NCBI GenBank assembly: GCA_965658655.1
Contig: CBFHTA010000003.1
Span: 52,969-116,968 of the forward strand
Direction of reading: 5' to 3'
DNA: 64,000 bases
Source: Candidatus Babelota bacterium
Lineage (GTDB): Bacteria > Babelota > Babeliae > Babelales > CAIQNR01
The notes beneath the pieces were generated by a model. That model searched no databases. It saw only the letters and a program-made list of their open reading frames with translations, and was not told where the DNA came from. This document shows, piece after piece, positions 1 through 10,360 of the stretch; the stretch's first letter is position 1, and the number at the start of each line of letters is the position of its first letter. The position numbers and the translations under genes were made by a program.

Positions 1-638
1 CTGAAAAAAGCGGTATTAAACAAGGAGATAAAATTATATCTGTTAATAACAACGATGTAAGTCATAGCATTGGAAAATTACTTAAAACTATTAATGAACA
101 TCCTAAAGAAAAATTATCTTTTGTCATTGAGAGAGAAAACAAGCAGAAAAATGTATCTGTTACTCTAAGTTCTAAAATAGTAAAAAACAAAGAAATTGGA
201 TCCTTGGGTATCCAGTTCTCTTTCCCTTCAATGCCCCCAGTAAGCTTCTTTAAGGCCACCGAGAAAGCTGGCACGCTCGTTAAACGCTTATTCTTAAATA
301 CGTTTAAAGGTATTGCTCAAGCATTTACCAAACGATCTGCCGAAAACTTTGCAGGGCCACTCATGATGATTTCATTAACTGCAGAAAGTGCTGGTCAAGG
401 TGTAAGCTTATTTCTATTGTTTCTAGCCTTTATTTCTGTAGGGCTTGCAGCATTAAATGCAATTCCTTTGGCAGTACTTGATGGTGGGCATGCACTTATC
501 TATACCATTGAAGCAATCATCGGTAGAGACGTTGATGAAACATTTCAAGTATATTTCCAATACATCAGCCTTGCTCTCATTGGAGGACTGTTTTTATACT
601 TAACCTTTAAAGATGTTTTTCTATTATTCTTCAGTTAA
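1..638 (+). CDS. rseP: RIP metalloprotease RseP (M50 family, PDZ domain), 5'-truncated by window edge
   Basis: Frame is open from position 3 (EKSGIKQGDKIISVN..., PDZ-like). C-terminus has AGP..I and LNAIPLAVLDGGH (NxxPxxxLDGG motif). Confidence 0.9.
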   Translation, partial: EKSGIKQGDKIISVNNNDVSHSIGKLLKTINEHPKEKLSFVIERENKQKNVSVTLSSKIVKNKEIGSLGIQFSFPSMPPVSFFKATEKAGTLVKRLFLNTFKGIAQAFTKRSAENFAGPLMMISLTAESAGQGVSLFLLFLAFISVGLAALNAIPLAVLDGGHALIYTIEAIIGRDVDETFQVYFQYISLALIGGLFLYLTFKDVFLLFFS

Positions 639-646
639 TTTTGAAC

Positions 647-681
647 AAAAAAATAAGGGCTCTTTCGAGCCCTTTATTTTT
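647..681. terminator. Bidirectional intrinsic terminator between convergent rseP and rplM
   Basis: gggctc-tttc-gagccc hairpin flanked by A and T tracts. Confidence 0.85.
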
Positions 682-697
682 AGGTAACTTGTAAAAC

Positions 698-1123
698 TTA
701 TAACCCAAACTTTGATTCGTGTGGGTGTTCTTTACCAACGTAAAGTCTCAAGTATTTTTTCATAACATCACTAAGCTTGTTTTTAGGAAGCATTCCGTGA
801 ACTGCGTGCTCAATAATACGTGTTGGATGTTTTTCTAGAATTTGTTTTGCTGTAAATTCTTTTTTACCACCCATGTAACCTGAATAGCGAATGTAGATTT
901 TGTCTTCAAGTTTCTTACCGGTAAGCTTAACTTTTTCTGCATTAATAACTACAACGTAGTCACCGCTCGCTGTTTGAGGGGTATAAGTAGGCTTATTTTT
1001 ACCTCGTAAAAGATCTGCAATCTCTGTTGCTAATCTTCCCAAAACTTTTCCTTCGGCATCAATCAAATGCCATTTTGGCTCACGATCTTCTTTACGTAAA
1101 AAGAAAGCCTTATTCATATCCAT
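698..1123 (-). CDS. rplM: 50S ribosomal protein L13
   Basis: WHLIDAEGKVLGRLA, GDYVVVINA and GMLPKN motifs. Confidence 0.98.
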   Translation of the reverse strand: MDMNKAFFLRKEDREPKWHLIDAEGKVLGRLATEIADLLRGKNKPTYTPQTASGDYVVVINAEKVKLTGKKLEDKIYIRYSGYMGGKKEFTAKQILEKHPTRIIEHAVHGMLPKNKLSDVMKKYLRLYVGKEHPHESKFGL

Positions 1124-1216
1124 GAAATATTCCTTACTGTCTATCGCACTTTATTTTATTTTTTATGTGAAAAAACGAACGGATACCCCTTAAAGTACGG
1201 CAAAAAAGGAATTTGG

Positions 1217-2794
1217 TCAACTCGATTTTTCTTCATGATATTCTTGTTCTGTGTTCACTGACCATACATTAGCCTTATCTTTTCTGCCCGCTACAATATT
1301 ATCTACCGCAGTCATAGCAGTTAACATAGAATGATCTTGATTATTATACTTATGCTGACCATTACGACCTAACAAGAATAAATTCTCAAAAGTGTCGGTA
1401 AATTTTTTCACCTTATCAAAATCTTTGTAAGCTCCAAAGTAAGCAGGATAAGTCTTTTCCATTCTAATGATAGTGCCATCTTGAACAAAAACTTGTTCAA
1501 GAATACCAATTCGTTCAAGCTCTTGCTTTCCTAGTGCTATAAGATCTTCGTCCTTCATCTTCCACAAATCATCTGTGGTGTAACAAAAATATTCAAGACC
1601 GATCCATACTTTAGTTTTATCTTCAACCATGAACGGACTCCAGTTATTAAAGATCTGTAACCGCCCTACTTGCACATCAGGCTCCTGAATATAGATCCAA
1701 TTATCTTTAATTAAGTCACCTTGTTCTTCAATCTTAAGTTTATCAACCAGAAGACCAACAGTAAGAAAGTCTCGATACTGCAAATTATCACTTACTGCTT
1801 TAACATCTTCTTGAACCGGAGACTGAAAACCCGCAATAAGCTCTTTTACTGATGTGGTAGAAAACACGTAATCAGCTTCAAACTCTATACGTGAACCATC
1901 TTTTTTAACTGCTCCAACTTTAGTTACTGAAGTGTCTTGAGTAAAAATTTGATCTACATCACATTCGGTAATAATTTCTACACCCTGCTCTTTAATTTGA
2001 TCTGCTACAACTTCCCACATTTGCCCAGGACCAAACTTTGGATACAAAAACTGTTCGATTAAAGTTGTTTCAGTATCTTTCTGTGCAACATCTTGTTTTT
2101 GTTTAGAAGCAAATAATTGTTTAGCAAAATGTGTCACCGCTTTAGTTACAGAAAGACCTTTAATTCTTTGAGCTCCCCATTCCGCACTAATTTCTGAACA
2201 CGGCACACCCCAAACTTTTTCTGTATATGATTTAAAAAAGGTTTGATAAAGCTCAGTACCAAATCTATTAATAAAAAACTGCTCTAAATTTTTTTCATTT
2301 TTAATAGGAAACACACACCGATATCCATAACTCATACCAATTTTAACCATACGATTAAAACCAAGCTTAGTAACTGTTGCAGGAGTTATCTTCAAAGGAT
2401 AATCAAAAAATTTACGGGTGAAATAAATACGAGATTTACGTTTACGAAGCAACATAACATTATCAGTAGCATTAGGATCTGGTGCCTGATCAGAAGTTTC
2501 TACGGTTCGCTTTTTATTTTGATAACCAATAGTTGTATCCTTACCATCGGTTTTTTCTATAGGCAAAATATTTAGCCACCACTTCATAACACGATCTGAC
2601 TTTGAAAAGAAACGGTGACCACCAATATCTATTCTGTTACCTTTATAACGAACAGTTCTAGATATACCACCCATATACGTACTACGCTCAAGAATAATAG
2701 GCTGAATATCTGTCCTCTTTAACAACTCATATGCCGCTGTTAATCCTGCTGGTCCTGCTCCAATGATGATCGCTCTTTTTTTTCTGTCTCCCAC
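1217..2794 (-). CDS. FAD/NAD(P)-dependent oxidoreductase (HemY/UDP-galactopyranose mutase-like)
   Basis: GAGPAGL Rossmann motif, [32 protein letters not shown]. Confidence 0.85.
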   Translation of the reverse strand: MGDRKKRAIIIGAGPAGLTAAYELLKRTDIQPIILERSTYMGGISRTVRYKGNRIDIGGHRFFSKSDRVMKWWLNILPIEKTDGKDTTIGYQNKKRTVETSDQAPDPNATDNVMLLRKRKSRIYFTRKFFDYPLKITPATVTKLGFNRMVKIGMSYGYRCVFPIKNEKNLEQFFINRFGTELYQTFFKSYTEKVWGVPCSEISAEWGAQRIKGLSVTKAVTHFAKQLFASKQKQDVAQKDTETTLIEQFLYPKFGPGQMWEVVADQIKEQGVEIITECDVDQIFTQDTSVTKVGAVKKDGSRIEFEADYVFSTTSVKELIAGFQSPVQEDVKAVSDNLQYRDFLTVGLLVDKLKIEEQGDLIKDNWIYIQEPDVQVGRLQIFNNWSPFMVEDKTKVWIGLEYFCYTTDDLWKMKDEDLIALGKQELERIGILEQVFVQDGTIIRMEKTYPAYFGAYKDFDKVKKFTDTFENLFLLGRNGQHKYNNQDHSMLTAMTAVDNIVAGRKDKANVWSVNTEQEYHEEKSS

Positions 2795-4089
2795 TTCTCA
2801 TCCTCTTTTAGTTGATTGTGTTTCATGAGATTCTCAATTTCCTTAATGGTCTTAGGAATTCCCTCACTCAAACAAACAGCTTCATCTTTAACAATCCAGT
2901 ACATGTCTTCAATTCTAACCCCTAATTTTTCCTCAGGAATGTAAACACCTGGCTCAATGGTAATAATGTCACCTTCAGCCAATGGTTCGGTATAATCACC
3001 TACATCGTGCACGTCTAAACCAACGAAGTGACCTATCCCGTGAGGAAAATATTTTTCATACCCCTGTTCTTTCAAAAACTCATACGCCATATGATGCAGA
3101 GACTCTTTTGGCTTATCTTTATTTTTTAACCATAACCCTGGGCGTGCTTGAGAAGCGACAAATTCTTGGGTTTTTAAAACAACTTCGTAAATTTCTTTTT
3201 GACGATCGGTAAACGTTCCAGAAACAGGATAGGTCCGAGTAATGTCTCCACAATAGTGATGAAACGAAGCACCTATATCAACAACAACAAGATCTCCTTT
3301 TTGTAAAACATCTTTATTGTCGACATAATGCAATACTGTGCTATTTTTTCCTGAACCCACAACACTTGCAAATGCACGAGTCGCTTGGCCTTCTGTAAAA
3401 ATGTAATCTATAGCCGCCTGAACATCTGACTCTCTTCTTCCTGACCTAATAACGCCTGCCGCTGCTTCTTGTGCTATTGCAGTTATTTCAACAGCACGAT
3501 ACAAATACTCTAACTCTTGCTGCTCTTTCTTTCTACGTAACTGAGCGATAAGCGGAGCACTATTAATAAGATTATTTTTAAGTTCAGGAACAAGTTCACA
3601 TAGTTTATCTATAACAGCTCTACATTCAAATTGTATCTCTGTTAAAGGCGTAAAAATAACACCACCTTCTTTAACAATGCCCTCTATTTCTTCAGCAAGC
3701 TTTAAATAAACTTTTTTGCTAGAGAAAGGATTAAGAGCATATCCAAGAGCTTCATTCCCCATACTCTCTATTTTGGTAACATCAAGTTCTTGCAAATACT
3801 TTTTATCATAAGTCTCTGGTAACCAAGCAGAACGATCTACTTGATATTTTGGCTCATAAAGAACAGCTTCACCGCCAATTTTTTGTAAAAGAGTTACTCC
3901 AGGCTCTACCAATCCTGTTAAATAGAGAAAAGAACTATCCTGATAAAATTGCTCTCGTTCTTTTTCAAAAGCAGAGCATAAAAGAAGTGCGCCCTTTTTA
4001 TCTGGATAGGTTTGTTGAATAAGTTTAAGCAAAGCGTTTCGGCGTACAACATAAGATGCACACTCTTCGTAAGGTACTACCATATCCAT
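2740..4089 (-). CDS. pepP: Xaa-Pro aminopeptidase (M24B)
   Basis: [39 protein letters not shown] and GVRIED metal motifs. Confidence 0.92.
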   Translation of the reverse strand: MDMVVPYEECASYVVRRNALLKLIQQTYPDKKGALLLCSAFEKEREQFYQDSSFLYLTGLVEPGVTLLQKIGGEAVLYEPKYQVDRSAWLPETYDKKYLQELDVTKIESMGNEALGYALNPFSSKKVYLKLAEEIEGIVKEGGVIFTPLTEIQFECRAVIDKLCELVPELKNNLINSAPLIAQLRRKKEQQELEYLYRAVEITAIAQEAAAGVIRSGRRESDVQAAIDYIFTEGQATRAFASVVGSGKNSTVLHYVDNKDVLQKGDLVVVDIGASFHHYCGDITRTYPVSGTFTDRQKEIYEVVLKTQEFVASQARPGLWLKNKDKPKESLHHMAYEFLKEQGYEKYFPHGIGHFVGLDVHDVGDYTEPLAEGDIITIEPGVYIPEEKLGVRIEDMYWIVKDEAVCLSEGIPKTIKEIENLMKHNQLKEDEKWETEKKERSSLEQDQQD

Positions 4090-4097
4090 CTTCCTTT

Positions 4098-4694
4098 TTA
4101 AAAAGGTCTCCGTTCTGAAAGAGCTTTATAGACTGTTAATTTATCCATCAATTCAAGATTAGATCCTACTGGAATTCCTCGGGCAAGACACGACACCATA
4201 ACGCGGTTTTTTAATTTACGTGCAATAAATGCAGCGGTTGCTTCACCTTCTGGTGTTTGATTTGTTGCCAAAATAATTTCTTTTGTTTCGCCTGTTAAAC
4301 GAGTAAGCAACATATCAATAGAAAGATCTTCTGGTCCAATACCATCAAGTGGACAAATTGCTCCACCCAATACATGGTATAAACCTTTATAACCATCTGT
4401 CTTCTCTATGCTCAAAAGTTCCTGCCACGTTTCTACAACACAAATTGTTGTTTTATCTCGTCTAGGATCACTACAAAAAATACATTGTTTATTTCTTTCT
4501 TGCCACACACAGCATTGTGGACACGCAATAATGTTTTTCCGTGCCTCCAGCAAAGCTGTACAAAAACGTTTGACTTTCTCGTCTTCTGTTGTCAAAAAAT
4601 AGGTTGCTACTTTATATAAGTTTTTTGATGCCAAAAATGGCACCTGCTGTAAATTTTTACAAAGCTGAGCCAACGAGGGAAGTTTATTAATCAT
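4098..4694 (-). CDS. recR: Recombination mediator RecR
   Basis: C4 zinc finger, YHVLGGAICPLDG, ATNQTPEGEATA TOPRIM motif. Confidence 0.96.
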   Translation of the reverse strand: MINKLPSLAQLCKNLQQVPFLASKNLYKVATYFLTTEDEKVKRFCTALLEARKNIIACPQCCVWQERNKQCIFCSDPRRDKTTICVVETWQELLSIEKTDGYKGLYHVLGGAICPLDGIGPEDLSIDMLLTRLTGETKEIILATNQTPEGEATAAFIARKLKNRVMVSCLARGIPVGSNLELMDKLTVYKALSERRPF

Positions 4695-4697
4695 AGA

Positions 4698-6218
4698 TTA
4701 AAAAGCCTTCTGCAACTGATTTTGACCTACCTGTAACAACATACTTGTCGCTAAATATAATGTAACACCCGCAGACATTGTTGTAGAAAAAGCTCCAAAC
4801 ATTAAAGACATTGCAACAGGACCCATAAGTGTTTTTGCATCTTTTTTACCTGGCCCCATGAAAACACTTGCTAAGAAACTTACAAAGACAACAAATGGTA
4901 AAACGTAGTAAGGATCTGGCAAAGACAAATCTTTAATCCAAAAAACAAACGGTGCTCTGTACAACTGAATAGAGTTATTAAGTGCACCCATCAATCCTAC
5001 AAAGAAAGGAATTTGCACAACCATAGGAAGCGCACAACCAAGCATTCCACCCGTACCATGCTTTTTCATATGTTCGAGTCGTGCTTCTTCAAGTCTGTCT
5101 GGATCATTTTTATATTTTTGAGTAATGTACTCAAGTTTTTTTTGATTCTCTTCAAACTTTTTACGCGATTTTTCTGCATTAAGATTGAATGGCAACAAAA
5201 TTAAACGCATTAAAAGCGTTACCAGAATAATTGCCCAACCATAATTGTCGGTATACTTTTCTATAAATGAAAGTAACCACAAAACAGGTTTCGTAATGAA
5301 AGAGAACATACCATAGTTAAGAACTTTCTCTAAACGAACGTCAACCGCAGACATTGATTGAGGCTCTTTTGGACCCACATAGTATGAAATATTCCAAGTA
5401 GTTTCTTCTTCAATTGTTTTCGACTCTATGAACGAAAGCAAAGATCTGTCGATAGATTTATAATACGCTCGCTGTGCAAAACCTTGTGGATCAGAGAACA
5501 TCATAAAAGCAAAGTATTTGTCTGCAGTACCAAAAAGTTTTGGTTGCATGAACCCTTGATTGAATTTTATACTTCCTGCTGCAACTTGCTTAAACTTACC
5601 GTTACTTGTAGTAATATTTGCAGTGACAGGATCATCCTCTTGAAGCGCTTTCAAATGAGGAGAAGGCCAAATAAGACGAGCCTGCAAAGCCTTTTTAGGT
5701 TTTACAGTCAGCGCAAGGTCAATTCTGTGTTCATGTTTATCAACAGTAAACGCTTTTTCAATAGTACCTACAGAAGTAGCTGTTTTATAAGTAACCTTTG
5801 CGCTACTTTCATCTTCTTCATGACCTATCAACTTATAGTAATACGGAGTTTCTTTTTCTAGAGCAACCAAAAATGGCTGTTGCTCTCTATCTACCGCTTC
5901 ATTTGAATTCCACACATGAAATGTTTGCACTTTATGATCAAGGTTACGAGTGAAGACTAAGTCACTAATTGTTCCGCCTGCACTCGAAAAAGTCATATCT
6001 CCATAAGCTGTTTTAATATGAACAGGAGTATCTTCTATTTTTTGTTCTTTATCATAAAAATCTACCTCTACCTGCAAAGGAGCTTGGGCTGCCACCGCTG
6101 TTGCAGCAGTAAAGCTTCCATCTGGTTGAGAAACTCCGAAACCTCCCCAAAATAATTTGAATAAAATGACCGTTCCAATCGCTAACGATGTAGTTCCGAG
6201 AACTTCTCGCATATTCAT
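4698..6218 (-). CDS. yidC: Membrane protein insertase YidC (long form with periplasmic domain)
   Basis: YVGPK, NYGWAIILVTLLMRLILLP, GCALPMVVQIPFF, WIKDLSLPDPYYVLP. Confidence 0.95.
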   Translation of the reverse strand: MNMREVLGTTSLAIGTVILFKLFWGGFGVSQPDGSFTAATAVAAQAPLQVEVDFYDKEQKIEDTPVHIKTAYGDMTFSSAGGTISDLVFTRNLDHKVQTFHVWNSNEAVDREQQPFLVALEKETPYYYKLIGHEEDESSAKVTYKTATSVGTIEKAFTVDKHEHRIDLALTVKPKKALQARLIWPSPHLKALQEDDPVTANITTSNGKFKQVAAGSIKFNQGFMQPKLFGTADKYFAFMMFSDPQGFAQRAYYKSIDRSLLSFIESKTIEEETTWNISYYVGPKEPQSMSAVDVRLEKVLNYGMFSFITKPVLWLLSFIEKYTDNYGWAIILVTLLMRLILLPFNLNAEKSRKKFEENQKKLEYITQKYKNDPDRLEEARLEHMKKHGTGGMLGCALPMVVQIPFFVGLMGALNNSIQLYRAPFVFWIKDLSLPDPYYVLPFVVFVSFLASVFMGPGKKDAKTLMGPVAMSLMFGAFSTTMSAGVTLYLATSMLLQVGQNQLQKAF

Positions 6219-6416
6219 GTGTGTAATCCTTTAAATTTTGAAATAGGCTGATCTGCTACATATAGAGGGCTCAAGTCTACCAAGAAGCAGCAATTTGCGC
6301 TAGTCCCCAAAAGAGCCTTTTAACTATAATCTCTTCACTTATTTTACATAAAGTGGTACTTGAAGTATAAAGGACAGTAGTACATGCTCAGAATCATAGA
6401 AAAGGGAGCAGGGTAT

Positions 6417-6767
6417 ATGAAAATGCAAAGAAAACAATTTCGCATAGGAGAGCTTGCCAAAAGCCTCGGAGTTAAGCGGTTTGTCATTCGTTTCTGGGAA
6501 AAAGAATTCAATTTCAATGCGCATCGCTCAGAGGGCGGTCAACGGTTTTACGAAGAGCGCGACCTAGAACGCTTTCGATATATAAAAACACTTCTCTATG
6601 AAAAAGGATTCACAATTGCCGGAGCAAAAAAACAGCTCAAAACAACCGAAGCTCCATTCATAGCTTCGCAAAGAACCACCATCGACAAAGAGTCAAAAGG
6701 AGAATGGGAAAAAAATCTCTTAACTTTTAGAAGCAAATTGGTGGAATTCAAAAAACTCATTTCTTAA
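6417..6767 (+). CDS. MerR family transcriptional regulator
   Basis: FRIGELAKSLGV...IRFWEKEF...GGQRFY...LLYEKGFTIAGAK HTH pattern. Start placed at the ATG after GGAG. Confidence 0.9.
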   Translation: MKMQRKQFRIGELAKSLGVKRFVIRFWEKEFNFNAHRSEGGQRFYEERDLERFRYIKTLLYEKGFTIAGAKKQLKTTEAPFIASQRTTIDKESKGEWEKNLLTFRSKLVEFKKLIS

Positions 6768-6868
6768 ACAGAACAAACTAACCATTTTGTATAACGAATT
6801 TTAAAGAAGGAGACGTCATACTATAAAACACAGAGTTGTAATGTTTATTTCAATGTAAGGAGTTTTTA

Positions 6869-7264
6869 ATGAATACACACTCGCTCTACTTATGGGCATG
6901 GGCCGGATCAGCATTCGTTGCAACGTTTGTAGGTGCTGCTGCTTTAGGATGTAATGTGCTTACATCTGTTGGTATCGGTTCTTATCGAAAAATACTGCAA
7001 TACCTTGCCGGTGCCGCTGGATTTATGTCACTATGCGCTTTTTGCATGAAAAACGAAGCTGTTCTTACCAGTATTCATGCTACTGGAAATTCTTTACACA
7101 AAGCTACTTGGCTGATAAGCGCTTTTACAGCTTCTTGCGTTGGACTCGAAGCATTTGGTGTAAGAATACTCAAATCTTTTAGTCTCGATTCTTATAGAAA
7201 AGTACTGCAATACATTGCTGGTATCGCTGGTGCTTATAGTCTTTATTTGTATTTTGGAAAATAG
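6869..7264 (+). CDS. Small multi-pass membrane protein with two internal DUF378-like repeats (paralog 1)
   Basis: AGGAG RBS; YRKILQYLAGAAG and YRKVLQYIAGIAG repeats. Confidence 0.8.
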   Translation: MNTHSLYLWAWAGSAFVATFVGAAALGCNVLTSVGIGSYRKILQYLAGAAGFMSLCAFCMKNEAVLTSIHATGNSLHKATWLISAFTASCVGLEAFGVRILKSFSLDSYRKVLQYIAGIAGAYSLYLYFGK

Positions 7265-7304
7265 TTATTTCTTATATTCTTTTTAAAAACGAAGGAGTCT
7301 TCTC

Positions 7305-7700
7305 ATGGTAGTAACTTCATATCTTGATTATGCATGGCCAATCACTGCAGTTGTAACACTTTGCACAGGCCTTGCTGCATTCGGATTTAATGCATTGAAA
7401 GTATTACACCTTGATATGGCTAGAAAAGTAATGCAATACATTTCTGGTGTTGCTGGATTAGTAAGTCTTTACTGCTGGTTCACAGCGCGCAAAATGATTG
7501 CAGTTGGTTTCTCTGGTAACCCTAAGCTTGCAAGCATTACCTGGTTCGTTACCGGTCTTGTAGCATTATGTGTGGGTCTTGCAGCAATCGGCTTTGATGT
7601 TATTAAAACAGTTAAGTTGAATGCATACCGCCCAATGCTTCAATATGTTGCAGCTGTATTTGGTATTTACTCTTTAATCGCCTACTTTGGTATGGCATAA
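7305..7700 (+). CDS. Small multi-pass membrane protein with two internal DUF378-like repeats (paralog 2)
   Basis: AAGGAG RBS; RKVMQYISGVAG and RPMLQYVAAVFG repeats. Confidence 0.8.
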   Translation: MVVTSYLDYAWPITAVVTLCTGLAAFGFNALKVLHLDMARKVMQYISGVAGLVSLYCWFTARKMIAVGFSGNPKLASITWFVTGLVALCVGLAAIGFDVIKTVKLNAYRPMLQYVAAVFGIYSLIAYFGMA

Positions 7701-7711
7701 GGTATAATTCT

Positions 7712-8077
7712 ATGATTCCACATATTCATTGGTGCGTTTCTGGTTTTGTTTCTTTATTTATCGGTTTAGCAGCATTTAATTTTAACATTCTTAAAGTTTG
7801 CAAACTAGAAAAACAACGCTCTCTCTTACAAATGATTGCTGGTGCATTTGGTGCATTAAACCTTTATAGATGGTTCAAATATGCACACAGCTGCTCTTGC
7901 AATTTAAACAATGCTGTTTGGTTTATCACCGGCTTTGCTACATTGTGTGTAGGCCTTGCAGGAATTGGATTCAATGTAATCAAAGTAACTAAGTGCGAAA
8001 AAGCCCGTGTTATTTTGCAATACATTGTAGGAGCTGCAGGAACTTATTCACTCTTGCACTATTTCAAATTTGCATAA
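7712..8077 (+). CDS. Small multi-pass membrane protein with two internal DUF378-like repeats (paralog 3)
   Basis: RSLLQMIAGAFG and RVILQYIVGAAG repeats. Confidence 0.8.
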   Translation: MIPHIHWCVSGFVSLFIGLAAFNFNILKVCKLEKQRSLLQMIAGAFGALNLYRWFKYAHSCSCNLNNAVWFITGFATLCVGLAGIGFNVIKVTKCEKARVILQYIVGAAGTYSLLHYFKFA

Positions 8078-8088
8078 TCATTTCTAAG

Positions 8089-8120
8089 AAAAGGCCCTCT
8101 TTTATTAGTGGGCCTTTTTT
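8089..8120 (+). terminator. Intrinsic terminator after the paralog triplet
   Basis: aaaaggccc...gggcctttttt hairpin with T tract. Confidence 0.8.
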
Positions 8121-8183
8121 ACACTCTTTTTTTTTTGAGATACTCTAATACACAATTAATACACACCAAAGAAAAGAGTAAGC

Positions 8184-9572
8184 ATGTATAAAAAAAATTT
8201 CCATTTACATTTTATAGGGATCGGCGGCATTGGCATGAGCGGATTAGCACAGCTATTAGCAAAACAAGGCTATACCGTTTCAGGATGCGATAATAATCAA
8301 AATCAAAAAACCATAACCGATTGTAAAAATGCAGGGTGCATCATTGCGCCAGGAAATTTTTCTAAAGATTGTCAAAATACAGATATCGATATTTTTGTTT
8401 ATACAACAGCTATTAAAAAAGATAATCAAGAACTTATGTTCGCTCGAAAACATAACATTAGAACAACACATCGTTCAAAAATACTTGCGGAACTCATGCG
8501 GCAAAAGCATAGTATTGCCGTCGCTGGTTCACATGGAAAAACAACTACCAGCTCTTTAATAGGACATGTACTTTTAGAAGCCGGGCTCGATCCAAGCATT
8601 GCCATTGGTGGTCATTTGAATCGTATCGAAAACAATTCATATCATGGATCAGGAAACCTTTTTGTAGCTGAAGCAGATGAAAGCGATCGATCACTCCTTA
8701 ACCTTAGTCCAAGCATTGCAATTGTAACCAATATAGATTTAGAACATTTAGAAACGTATAAAAACTTGCACGATGTTACACACACATTTCAAAAGTTTCT
8801 AAACAAACTACCTTTCTATGGTAAAGCAATCATGGGTATAGATAGCACTGAAGTACAAGCACTACTACCCCTAAAAGATAGGCAAGCAATTACGTATGGT
8901 CTCCACGAAGATGCAGACTGGACCGCAAAAAACATTACTCACTTCGGGGATTACTCAACATTTGACGCATGGTACAAAAATAAAAATATGGGACCTGCAC
9001 ACGTTGCTTTGCCCGGTATTCATAATGTAAAAAATGCCTTATCTGTCTTAGCACTCGGCCATGAATTAGAGATTCCTTTTGCCACTTGCGCACAAGGACT
9101 CAAGTCTTTCACTGGAGTAGACAGGCGATTCACTTTTAAAGGAACCTGCAAAGGTGCCTCTATTTTTGATGACTATGGTCATCACCCCCTTGAGATAAAA
9201 CACACACTTGAAACCGCTCAGCGAAAAACTAAAGGGAAAGTTATAATGCTCTTCCAACCTCATCGTTACACTCGTACTCATAAGCTATGGGACGACTTTG
9301 TAGAACTGTTTGCAACTGCCCCTATCGACCATCTGGTTATTACCGATATTTATGAAGCAAGCGAAACCCCTGTTCCAGGGATTACGAGTCAAAAACTAGT
9401 AGAAACTATTAAAGAAAGACGCCCTTCATTAAAAACACAATACATTTCCCTTAATCCTAATTTTTCTAAGCTTAAAGAGCATATAAGTTCAGAGCTAGAA
9501 GAAGGTGATCTTTTACTTCTTCAAGGTGCTGGAAAAGTGAATGATATTTATGCTCAACTCATAGAAAAATAA
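8184..9572 (+). CDS. murC: UDP-N-acetylmuramate--L-alanine ligase
   Basis: GIGGIGMSGLA, GSHGKTTT, EADESD, DDYGHHP, FQPHRYTRT. Confidence 0.97.
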   Translation: MYKKNFHLHFIGIGGIGMSGLAQLLAKQGYTVSGCDNNQNQKTITDCKNAGCIIAPGNFSKDCQNTDIDIFVYTTAIKKDNQELMFARKHNIRTTHRSKILAELMRQKHSIAVAGSHGKTTTSSLIGHVLLEAGLDPSIAIGGHLNRIENNSYHGSGNLFVAEADESDRSLLNLSPSIAIVTNIDLEHLETYKNLHDVTHTFQKFLNKLPFYGKAIMGIDSTEVQALLPLKDRQAITYGLHEDADWTAKNITHFGDYSTFDAWYKNKNMGPAHVALPGIHNVKNALSVLALGHELEIPFATCAQGLKSFTGVDRRFTFKGTCKGASIFDDYGHHPLEIKHTLETAQRKTKGKVIMLFQPHRYTRTHKLWDDFVELFATAPIDHLVITDIYEASETPVPGITSQKLVETIKERRPSLKTQYISLNPNFSKLKEHISSELEEGDLLLLQGAGKVNDIYAQLIEK

Positions 9573-9669
9573 GCTTAATAGCACTGTTCAGAGCTAAAAA
9601 CCTTGTTTTTTGACCTTCCATTTATGTATACTTAAACAGTAATTAAATAGTAATTAAATGGAGAAAGCA

Positions 9670-9975
9670 ATGAAGAAAAAATTACTCACACTTATTCTTT
9701 TATCTGCAGGCACTATAAGTTTACAAGCAGGTTTTGGTAAATCATTTGGTGCTTCTTTTGGAGGCTCTTTCCTAGGCTCTTCTTTAGCAAATGCTGGTAA
9801 CCGTAACAATGATTACGAAGATTGTAGCTTTGAAAAAGCTGAGCTTCGTAAAGTTAAGCGCACTTACAAAAAACTTAAGCAAAGAAACAGCAAGCTAAAA
9901 GCTTTAAACCGTAAAGTTAATAAAGCTAAAAAAGCTAGAATTAATAAAGCTAAAAAAGCTAGAAAAAGAAATTAA
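9670..9975 (+). CDS. Secreted small protein: signal peptide, glycine zipper, basic coiled coil
   Basis: GGAG RBS, MKKK-hydrophobic-LQA, GxxxGxxxG repeats, K/R-rich tail. Confidence 0.75.
   Translation: MKKKLLTLILLSAGTISLQAGFGKSFGASFGGSFLGSSLANAGNRNNDYEDCSFEKAELRKVKRTYKKLKQRNSKLKALNRKVNKAKKARINKAKKARKRN
9917..9964 (+). repeat. Perfect 24-nt tandem duplication within the CDS
   Basis: ttaataaagctaaaaaagctagaa at 9917-9940 and 9941-9964. Confidence 0.9.
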
Positions 9976-10001
9976 TTTAAAGAATAGAAATGGAGATTAA
10001 A

Positions 10002-10310
10002 ATGAAGAAATTAGTAATCATAGCACTCCTTACTTTCGGAGTAGCATCAATAGAAGCTAAGGGTGGATCTGCTGGTGGAGCATTTGCCGGTTCATTCATG
10101 GGAAGCGCTTTAGGTAGCTCAACAGCTCGTGGTGGCAGTGGTAACTGTGATCGTCACGAAGCTCAAATCGAAAAATATGAAGATAAAAATAACGCTCTTC
10201 GCAAAGAAAATTCTCGCCTCCTAAAAGACATTAACCCTCACCGTGCACTACTTCCAGAGCTAAAAGATGACTTTGAACAATGGATTGATGATTTTGAAGA
10301 AGAATTATAA
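10002..10310 (+). CDS. Secreted small protein: signal peptide, glycine zipper, coiled coil with acidic tail (paralog of upstream gene)
   Basis: GGAG RBS, MKK-hydrophobic-IEA, GGAFAGSFMGSALG. Confidence 0.75.
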   Translation: MKKLVIIALLTFGVASIEAKGGSAGGAFAGSFMGSALGSSTARGGSGNCDRHEAQIEKYEDKNNALRKENSRLLKDINPHRALLPELKDDFEQWIDDFEEEL

Positions 10311-10322
10311 AAACTAATTCAA

Positions 10323-10359
10323 CAAAAAAGAGGTGGAATTTTTCTGCCTCTTTTTTTTG
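10323..10359. terminator. Bidirectional intrinsic terminator
   Basis: caaaaaagaggtgga...tctgcctctttttttt between convergent genes. Confidence 0.8.
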
Positions 10360-10360
10360 G

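Noticed and set aside
2740..2794. 55-nt pepP/oxidoreductase overlap as a possible programmed frameshift or fusion
   Set aside because: The downstream gene has its own GAGG RBS and GTG start directly before the Rossmann motif.
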